64,000 nucleotides of DNA from Nitrospirota bacterium (GTDB lineage: Bacteria; Nitrospirota; Nitrospiria; Nitrospirales; NS-4). The position numbers and the translations under genes are program-made. The stretch is taken from contig CAWBGA010000017.1 of the NCBI GenBank assembly GCA_963788195.1, forward strand, positions 224,001-288,000. The letters run 5' to 3'. Under the pieces are notes generated by a model. The model was not told the origin of the DNA. It made no database searches and saw nothing but the letters and a program-made list of their open reading frames with translations. This document shows positions 55,251 through 64,000 of this stretch, piece after piece. The first letter of the stretch is position 1, and each line of letters starts with the position of its first letter.

Positions 55251-55406
55251 ATGGTTCCAGGACTCATTTTGTGGTTGCTTGGCGTACCGCTGGGTATCGT
55301 TGTACTATTGTGGCTCTTCGGGGTCATAGGGATAGGAAGCATCGGCGACTGCCTAGGGAAGCAGGGTTACCAGCTTCCCGGGCAAACGTCGGTTTTTTGT
55401 CTTTGA
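55251..55406 (+). CDS. Small hydrophobic membrane peptide
   Basis: Strong AAAGGAGGT SD; MVPGLILWLLGVPLGIVVLLWLFGVIG; may end at about 55334 if the G-run is miscalled. Confidence 0.65.
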   Translation: MVPGLILWLLGVPLGIVVLLWLFGVIGIGSIGDCLGKQGYQLPGQTSVFCL

Positions 55407-55514
55407 GGGCTTCAGCGGTTTCCCCAGTTGTCAGGTTTCGGTGGCAGTTGTGTCTCCATTCCTTGACGGTCCCTTGGTATCCAAGTTGCTTTCTTCTCCT
55501 CGACAACAGAAAAT

Positions 55515-55600
55515 CTCCTCCCGATAAAGGCAAACTCCGAGTAATCGGAGGACGCAAAGCCGTGGGTCTCCCGTGAGATTGCCAGGCTGCCGAAAGGGGA
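55515..55600 (+). ncRNA. Cyclic di-GMP-I (GEMM) riboswitch
   Basis: GGCAAAC-TCCGA-GTAA-TCGGA-GGACGCAAAGCC...GGTCT...GATTGCCAGGCTGCCGAA matches the GEMM consensus. Confidence 0.92.
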
Positions 55601-55637
55601 AACGGGCGGTGAGATTTTCCAGTCCAAAGGAGATTTC

Positions 55638-56021
55638 ATGCGTCCGTCAAGCCTACTCCATCATTTTCGCTCTCCTTTTTGTTAGTCTATTCTCCCATTC
55701 TTCCTGTAGGGTTAGAACAGTATGTGGCACCAATGCCTAATGTATGGGCGCAGAGCGCCGAAGTCCCGGTCGCTAGAATTGACCGCGGGCTCTCGGGGTC
55801 TCGGTCGGGATTAATGACCCGTCGCTCATGCCCGCACCGTCCTCATCGATAGGAACCACCATCCGTTGGCACCTGAGATTCTCATCGAGGACCGCAAAGG
55901 CTCCCCCCTTACCATCGAAGCCCTCCAGCGCTTTCGCTGGAATTCAGGGATCGAAATAGAGGTCAAGTATTGGGGTCCCGCCAATGTGATCACTCAGATG
56001 ATCGTGACATTACCCGAGTAG
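55638..56021 (+). CDS. Small exported pilus-associated (PilY2-like) protein, frameshifted
   Basis: AAAGGAG SD and ATG after the riboswitch; C-terminal TVLIDRNHHPLAPEILIED...ITQMIVTLPE* ends 10 nt before pilY1. Confidence 0.5.
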
Positions 56022-56031
56022 GATTATCGCT

Positions 56032-59000
56032 ATGAGATACGAACGGAAATTGGTGCTCGCCCTGGCCCTGATTGGGCTGAGCATGATGGCATGCCCCGCC
56101 GCCAGCCTCGGCCAGGTGAACGCGGACTATTCAGCCGTCCCGCCGTTTCTTACGAGCGCCGTAACTCCAAATGTGCTCATTTTGATGGACAACTCGGGAA
56201 GCATGGGATATCGCGCCGCGTGTGACGACGACACGAACCAAACTTCCCCCACTTCGCTTCATGCCCGGGCGGGGGAACTTTTTTGGAGACCACGGCTTAC
56301 ACCGGCCTGTTCGATTCGCTCGGCTGTTACACCTATGACTCGGCGAATACCCGCTTCGTCCCAAGCGGTGCCGCCAAGGCACCTCATCAGCACGGCTTGC
56401 GCTTCCACCTTGTGGGACGGCAATCTGCTCAATTGGATTACATTCCGCCGCCAGGATGCTCTGAAGAAGGCCTTAATGGGCGGGCAATGCACCGTGGCGC
56501 GCGCGTCGGACGGCACCTGTCCGGCGAGTGGAAGCACGCCGCTCATCACGATCAAGACCGAGGACATTTTCAACTCCTCCTGTTGCGACGATGTCTCCAC
56601 CGCGCGCGTCCCGACGGGGGGCGGCAGCAAACGCGCGCCAATCGGCCGGCGTGCCCACCGCCGTGCAAACGCTTGGGGCCTCACCCGTCCATCTGGTGTT
56701 TCATGTCCGAGGATCGGGGACCCTCGCCGGCTCGTTCTGTGTGGCCAACCCGCTTAACGGGCTCATGTCCTCCTCGGCGAGCAGTTGCACAATTTCTGGC
56801 GGTGGCATTTACCGAACAGAAATTCGTCGGCCGTCTCACCGTGACGACAGAACCAGTCGGCGTGATCCAGCAACTCGGCGACAGGGCGCGCTTTGGTCTG
56901 CTGGAGTTCAGAAATTCGGGCGACGGGGGAAAAGTGCTGGTTCCGATCGGCTCGACGCAATCGGTTCCATACGACTCTTCGACGGTGATCACTCATAGTT
57001 CGAATAAAGCCGCGATGATCACCGCGATCGAGAAGACTAATCCGGCCACGAACACGCCCCTTGGCGAAACCCTGTATACCGGGCTTCGCTATATCGCGCA
57101 GTTGCCGCAGCCCTTTAGCGCAAGCACCTATCTGTACCCTATTGCATTTTCTCCGGGAGGACCGTCTTTCCAGGCCTCACAGACGGCTGGAGGACTGGGT
57201 GCGGGAGAGATCACCCCGCTCTCGGGCAGCGAAACCTGTCCGGCTGGTTATATCGTCAGGGGCTGTGGCCGCGACCCCTTCTTTTTTGCCAGCAATCCAA
57301 GTCCGGCCTGGGCCAGCCCTTCACGGCAAGTGAGCTGCTGCAAAACCTTCGTGATGATCCTGACAGACGGCGAGCCGACGATGGACACTAATATCCCCGC
57401 TGCCTTACAGGATTACGCGCATGCGGCGCACGGCGCTCATTGCAGCGGCACTTCCAGCGTTGTGCCCCCTCCCGCGGGCACCTGCTTTACCAGTAATACA
57501 GTGTCGATTCCACCGGCCACGCTTCTGCAGCAGCACAAGATCGATTATTCCGGCACCGGCGGCAGCGTGAATCACTCCATGGACGATGTCGCCTATTGGG
57601 GCCATACCACTGACCTTCGCCAGGCGACCATACCTGGAATCAATGAGGCCGGGCACGATCTGCCGGGGATCCAGAATGTGACGGTATACACGTTCTTCGC
57701 GTTCGGCAACATCAATGGGCGGGAAATTTTGATGCAGGCAGCCAAGCAGGGAGGATTTGACGATCAGAATGGAAATACTCTCCCGGATCTTCAGTCTGAG
57801 TGGGATAAGGTCAACAATGCGACAGGTCTTTTGGCGCCGGATGGCATCCCTGACACCTATTTCGAATCATCCAACGCCGACGATATGGAGACCAAGCTGC
57901 TGACAGCATTCACCAGCATCCTGCAAAAGGCCACTTCCGGCACGTCCGTGTCAGTCTTAGCCTCCTCAACGACCGGAGAAGGCGTCATATACCAGGCCTA
58001 TTTCTTTCCAAGCACCATCAATACGGTCGGCACTTCGACGACCACCGTCACGTGGACTGGCTACATGCAAGGACTCTTTGTGGACAAGTACGGCAATCTC
58101 CGCGAAGACTATTCAGGCACCGGGTGCACTGGCGCACCGGACGGCAAGCTGATCCTCAAACATGACTGCATTATTAAGGTTCGCGTCGACTCGACGACCA
58201 ACACCGTGCTGGTTGACCGCTACAAGGACGACGATGGCGATGGGATCGCCGATACGGCCCTGCCTTTTCAGACTGTGACATTGAAAGAGATTCAACCTCT
58301 CTGGGAGGGTGGCAGGCGGCTGGCCCTGACCGATCCGGGGGACACCTGCGCGGCAAATACGGGCGGGGTAACATGTCGGCGCATTCTCACCTGGGTGGAC
58401 AAGAACAATGACGGCCTCGTGAGCACGAACGAGTCCATAGAGTTTTCCGCGACTGCGGCAAGCGGTGCGGCAACTCTCTGTCCCTACCTCGGCGGCGCGA
58501 ATGTTCTGACATGCGTCAGCGGGGGCGCCGGCGGCTCCGGCCAGACTGAGGCCACCGATATCATCGGCTGGGTCCGGGGAAAGCAGGTCAGCGGACTTCG
58601 AGACCGACAGCTCAACGTGCTGGACGACAGCGGCGCGACCACGACGAAAGTCTGGAAACTAGGAGACATCATCTATTCCACCCCGGTTGTGGTTGGCGCT
58701 CCGCGCGAACGATATGACGTTCTCTATGGCGACGTGACCTACGCCGCATTTTACAAACGTTATAAAGATCGCACGACAAATGGCCTATGTGGGGGCGAAT
58801 GACGGCATGTTGCATGCCTTCAACGGTGGATTCTTCTCCACCGGCGATGACCTTAGCACCGCCGGAGTGCGTAGAACAGCTGCGGTTCACGACTACGCCC
58901 AAACAGCCGGGAACAAGCACAGACTGCGCAGCATTGCCCTGCGATGCCGGCGTTCCGACCTATACCGTTCGAACCACCACTCCGAAGCTAGGCGCTGAGC

Positions 59001-60673
59001 TCTGGGCATTTATCCCGCAGGACCTCCTGCCGCAACTGCGATGGTTGACGTCGTCATCATACAGCCATGTGTACTACGTGGATCTCAGACCGAAACTCAC
59101 CGATGCGCGAGTCTTCGTGCCGGATACGGACCATCCCGGCGGCTGGGGGACGATCCTGATTGGTGGATTCCGGCTCGGCGGAAGCTGCACCAATTGTGAC
59201 TCATCTGGGGGCGTAGCTCGTGTGGTCAGGGCTGACTTTGACGGAAACGGAACGACGACCGGCGCAGGCGACCGCCGTGCGTTTCTCTCCTCCTATTTTG
59301 TCCTTGACGTCACGAATCCCGAGAAAGATCCCGTTCTCTTGTGGACTTTTCGGGACATGGACCTGGGCTTCACGACCTCCGTGCCCGCCGTAATGCGCGT
59401 CAACCCGGCTATCGACGGCGGCACCTCCAGTGTGAACGAGAAATGGTATGTGGTCTTTGGAAGCGGCCCCACCGGCTACCAGGGCGTCACAACAGGCAGT
59501 CAGTTTGCAAAATTCTTTATCGTCGATCTGAAGCTCGGGCCCTTGTACAGCGGTGTCAACCAGACATCAGGCACCTTGAATGGACATTCTTGTGACCCTC
59601 TCATGCCCTGCATCGCCGTCGACAGCAGCGGGCAGCAGGTCCGCTCCTTCAACACCGGGCAGAACATCGCCTTCCTCGGTGATATCGTGACCCTTGATCT
59701 GAACCTCGATTTCCGAGTCGATGTGATTTACGCGGGCGCCGTTATTTGCAATGGAAGCGTCTCCGCTATGACCTGTAATGCGCCCACGGCACCCACATGG
59801 AAGGGCGCATTGTACCGCTTGACGACGAATAGCGGCAATCCTGATCCCCTCACCTGGGGGGTAAGCAACGCGCCGACGAAACTGATCAGCGCATTGGGCA
59901 CGTGTACAGCTCCGCCATGTCCCATCGGCCCCATTACCGCGGCTCCGGCCATGACGACCGATCCCGAGAATAATCTATGGCTCTTCGCCGGCACCGGACG
60001 GTTTTATTCCACCCTTGATGGGAACAATACAGACCTTCAACATTATTATGGCATCAAGGATTCGTTTATGACGCAGGGGTCGCCCGCGCAAACCTCCGAG
60101 CGGAATAACCTCTACGATGTTTCCAACGTGACAATCTGCACAAGTTGCGCGTCGTCAGCCAATGTCAGTTATGGCGCAGGCGGTTATGTCAACGGCTTTG
60201 ATTCAGGCGCCAATAACCTAGTGGGCAACGTCCACAACGTCGACGGCTGGTTCACCACGCTGCCGACTGCAGGCGAGCGAAGCCTCAGCTCCACTGCTCT
60301 GCTTGGCGGTTCATTGTTCTTCACCACGTCCGTACCCTCGACAGATATTTGCGTAGGATCGGGAACCGGGTACGTGTACGGCCTTTACTATTTAACCGGC
60401 ACAGCGTACACGTCCTCTGCCCTCGGAGGGACGACGGTCGGCGCGAATACCATTGCCAACCGAGTGATGTCGCTTGGCAGCGGCCTTCCTTCCAATCTGG
60501 CGTTGCAAATCGGGGCGGCCGGAACTGGGCAAGCGGGCGGTACGAGCAGCGCGGGATGCACTGGGCGGCAGACCGGTTTTATCCAGTCCAGTACCGGCGC
60601 GATTCAGCAACTGTGCAGCCCAGCTTCTTCAAAACAGCCTTGGAGCCGCGTGTTGACCTGGCGCGACATGTAA
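56032..60673 (+). CDS. pilY1: Type IV pilus tip adhesin PilY1/PilC with vWA domain, frameshifted
   Basis: Signal peptide; DNSGSM MIDAS, TPLGETL, LTDGEP, LGDIIYSTP, YVGANDGMLHAF, ELWAFIP and terminal TWR. Confidence 0.9.
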
Positions 60674-61088
60674 CCAACTCCACCGTTCGCCTGCGCTTTG
60701 CCCCCTCTACAAACAAGCTACTCCCAGCGGATTAGATCCGCCCATCCCGAACGTAAGCCAAAGTCTGAAGAGAAGTTGTGGTTTGGTGCCTTGCAGGAGG
60801 ATTTGACGGACGGCCGGCTTCAGCCGGCCGTCCTAAGCGACACCTGGCAAAGAGTCCAAGAGGCGGTCGAGGACTGACAACCAGGGGCCTCCTGTTTCAA
60901 TCTATAGTCGCTTTTATCCCCGCAAAATATCCTACAGTGGGATCATGTCCTAGGCCTAAGTATCACATCGATTCTTCTTCTGGAAGGGCTCTCATGTCAT
61001 CTTTCACGCCTGAATTGATGAGGCCCGCTCAGGATCCAGGCGCGGGCAAGCTTTGCTTGCCGCGCCTGGATACCCGCAAGGCAACAGC

Positions 61089-62554
61089 CTAGAGCGCCCG
61101 CATAAAGGCAACCAGGGCAGCTTTCTCCTGGCGATTGAGCTTCAACTCCGACACCATATTAAAAAACTCCACCGTATCTTCGAGAGTGGGCAGTCGTCCG
61201 TCATGGAAATATGGCGGGCTGTCCTTGATCCCGCGCAGGACGAACGTCTTGATCGGTCCATCACCTTGCGCCCCAAATCGCTCCAAATGAAGGTCATGCA
61301 TCTGATGATCGGTGTAGGACGGCGGTTGGTGGCAGGAAGCACACCTAGCCTTCCCAAAGAATATCTCTTCCCCTTGCACCTCCTGTGGCGTGGCCTTCTT
61401 TCGGTTCAGCCTGCCCGTCATGGGATCCAATTTAGGGGCGGGGGGAAAGTCGATCATGTTTTGCATCTGGGCCATGTGAGGGATCAGCATGCGATCAAGC
61501 GGCATCATGCCTTTTTTTGCGGCGCGAATGTGATCGCCGTTGAAATAGGCGGTACGCTGTTCAAATTCAGTAAAATCCTCTACGGACCGTAGGCTCCGCT
61601 TGGAACCATGAATCTGCTGGTTGAACATGCCTCGAAGGCTCGACCGTGTCCAGGCGCAGCCGGTCCTTCTGGGGGCGCGTATCCGGATTTAAATGGAACT
61701 GGCCCGTCGTGTGGAAATTTACATGGCAATCAAAACAGGCGACGCCCAGACTGGGTTTGAGAGTTTTGCGATCGTGAGTGGCGTTGAACTCTTCCTGAGG
61801 AAGCTGCATGACCAGCATGCGAAGGCCGTCAAGCTGTACCGGCGTCACGAGTCCTCGGAAGAGGCGATCAAAATTATCCACATTCAGCACTTCACCTTGA
61901 GAGACATCGCCCAGTTCAGGGTGCGTCGTCAAAAAGATGGCCGGCGGGAATTCCGGAAGAAAGCAGTCCGGAAGATCAAAATCCACATCGAAGCGTTCAA
62001 GACGAGGGAACATCTTAATCTGAACCTGGGGGAAAACCTGCCCGCCGACTTCATGTTTGACATGAGGGAGACGGTCGAATCCAGCAGGCAACGCTTTTTT
62101 GTTTTTGATTTCGTCCGCCTCCATCTGCCCGAAGGCATCCCACGCTAACTCCCTCGCCAAGTTTCACGACCGGCCCGATGGGCTGTGGTTTCCCCTTCGA
62201 CATCGTCTGGCCCGTAGCTGTTTTGCAGTCCAGAACATAGCGATCCTGCAAAAGTTGTTTCTGCCGCGCCATGACTTTGGGCTTCTCGGCGATGTCTTTT
62301 TCCGTGACCTTGCGCGCAATCTCCTGCGCATCCTGCCCAGGCGGTGCGCCAAAGGCATCATAGGAAAAATCTACACCATCGAAGCCCTTCTTTTTTGTTT
62401 CCGCGATAGCCGGATCAGTTTTTTCTTTGCTTCGAGCTTTTTCTTGTACAGTTTCTTGGGCAAATCCTTTGGTTCCTGGTTGTGCGCACCAATAGGAAAT
62501 GAGCGCCGTGACAATCACCAAACAAATCGTCGTAAGCTGCTTTCTTCGAGTCAT
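61089..62554 (-). CDS. Diheme cytochrome c peroxidase/MauG-like exported protein, two frameshifts
   Basis: CFDCH and CASCH heme motifs; PPYFHDG. Confidence 0.85.
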
Positions 62555-62781
62555 AGAAAATTCCTCTTCAACGACTGTGAATCATGAAAAACACTCCTCT
62601 CATCGACCTCTAAAGGTTTTCGTGTCGCTGAAACAGAGTGCAGAAGAAGGGGGGACCTACCCAAAATTAGAAGACAGGTCTGCAGTAACTCTCATCGATG
62701 ACGCTAAGTGAATGCCCGCCACTTCCAGAATCTAGATACTCGCTGGTGCTTTGTCTCCTGGCATCTGGTATAAGGCGCGAC

Positions 62782-63621
62782 ATGTCGGTGATCCGGAAAA
62801 GCGTTTATCTCCTTTCAGCGGTGGCATTTTCTGTGCTCTCCACCGCCTGTACTACGGTAACCCCGGCGTCGGTGTCGGTGCAGGAAGACTCGAACCACTT
62901 TGTACGGATCGAGGGCCGCTACGGAGACGAGCGCCGCAAGCGATACACACGGTTTGAGCATCCATTCATCTTGACGGTTCCCGAGTGGGAACGTCTCCTT
63001 GCCGGCATCCAGGTCCAAAGTCGCAAGGACACTCTTATCTTCAGCCCGGCCAAGAACCCGCCCGAGTCGGCCTTCTCGTCGGAGCAAGTCGCGTATCTTA
63101 GCCAAGGACTGCAGCAAGCGTTCAGCCGAGCGCACCCAGACGAATTCGTGGTGTTCGGCTTTAGTCAGTCGCGTTCCCCGTCCCTTACTGAGATCACCAC
63201 CGGCGGATGGTTCGTCGAAGGACAGCGCCTGCATCTCGTTTTAGCTAATTATCGGCACAGCGTATCGATGACGCATGTTCGCGACCAACTCTGGCGGGAT
63301 CCACTGTATTCTAATAGCGCTCCTTCGTACGGCATCGTTCCAGGCCCGAATCAGTCGCTCGGGAGACAGAAGGGACTCGTTGGCTTCCTGAGCACTGAAG
63401 CGCCCGAACTGGTGATCGACTATAAAGCACAGTTGGAGACGACGCCTGTCCAACCCTCAGTGCTTTCACCCGGCAAACCCCTAGACGTGCCGGCACCTGC
63501 CGGATCGATTGAGTCATCTCTCGAAGAGCGTCTACGAGTGCTCAAAAAACTACACGATCAGGGATTAATCACCGAAGACGAGTACCGCGACAAAAAGAAA
63601 CAACTGCTTAATCGCTTCTAA
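62782..63621 (+). CDS. Lipoprotein with C-terminal SHOCT domain
   Basis: STAC lipobox-like motif; LEERLRVLKKLHDQGLITEDEYRDKKKQLL. Confidence 0.85.
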   Translation: MSVIRKSVYLLSAVAFSVLSTACTTVTPASVSVQEDSNHFVRIEGRYGDERRKRYTRFEHPFILTVPEWERLLAGIQVQSRKDTLIFSPAKNPPESAFSSEQVAYLSQGLQQAFSRAHPDEFVVFGFSQSRSPSLTEITTGGWFVEGQRLHLVLANYRHSVSMTHVRDQLWRDPLYSNSAPSYGIVPGPNQSLGRQKGLVGFLSTEAPELVIDYKAQLETTPVQPSVLSPGKPLDVPAPAGSIESSLEERLRVLKKLHDQGLITEDEYRDKKKQLLNRF

Positions 63622-63757
63622 CACACCTGTGTCACCCTATTAAGCCTTTGACGCCAGTGTTTTGACTCTGCCTGTTCTGAGTATTTGGCAAAAAGCTTGA
63701 CAGTTAAACCGTAGGGTGTAACCCTAGTCACTACGGTCGTTGAACGGAGGTGTTTGA

Positions 63758-64000
63758 ATGGATACATGGCTGGGCATCGCCTGGAATAAGTTTTCTGTAG
63801 TCACTGTCGTTACGGCGGTCCTCCTCTCCATCCTTTTGGCGGGATGGATGACGCGTCAGAAGACTACCGGGGTCGAAGAGCGCATGGAACGCGCAGAGAG
63901 CCAGATTGTTCAGGCAATGAACACACTGAATACTACGAGGACTCAGTTCGAGAGCAATCAAGGGCGTTCGGAGCAGCTCATCAAGGAGCAGCGTATTCAC
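63758..64000 (+). CDS. Membrane-anchored coiled-coil protein (3' truncated, absent from the ORF track)
   Basis: GGAGGT SD; MDTWLGIAWNKFSVVTVVTAVLLSILLAGW... is open to the window end; TTGACA upstream. Confidence 0.7.
   Translation, partial: MDTWLGIAWNKFSVVTVVTAVLLSILLAGWMTRQKTTGVEERMERAESQIVQAMNTLNTTRTQFESNQGRSEQLIKEQRIH

Noticed and set aside
55515..55600. 3',3'-cGAMP (GEMM-Ib) riboswitch variant
   Set aside because: By manual alignment the discriminating position is G, not A.
60790..60900. Moco or another known riboswitch
   Set aside because: Only short words match and it is not in a 5' UTR; it is kept only as an unknown structured candidate.
63731..64000. Minus-strand 89-aa ORF in the track
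   Set aside because: The plus strand has a better gene, with SD, TM helix and coiled coil.

Overview
A 64 kb bacterial chromosomal segment of moderately high GC. It is most likely Nitrospirota/Nitrospiraceae-like, inferred from gene families and one interspersed repeat. Many genes, including essential ones (cdsA, dxr, rseP), are split by single-base indels, often at homopolymers, so most breaks are read as uncorrected long-read errors rather than pseudogenes. Content in order: TldD/PmbA, MTHFR_C-like protein and queF; a class III polyhydroxyalkanoate cluster (two thiolases, phaB, phaE, phaC, two phasin-like genes); a radA-tsaB-rimI-tatC-PPIase run; uppS-cdsA-dxr-rseP-proS; a radical SAM/LysM trio; a giant multicopper oxidase with metal-binding accessory genes; an ExeA-DUF3365 (heme c) fusion; a cytochrome b plus Mo-oxidoreductase pair; malQ-aminotransferase-ALDH-VOC; an XRE/S24 repressor-imuB-like-dnaE2-udgX mutagenesis cassette; a c-di-GMP-I riboswitch ahead of a pilY1 locus; and a diheme cytochrome c. 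The most unusual signal is a modular repeat family (C-rich module, GACA-N6-TGTCCC palindrome, GATTCCTTTTCCCCT module). I saw it only at DNA-repair genes: upstream of the LexA-like repressor, upstream of udgX, and as an insertion inside radA about 31 kb away.
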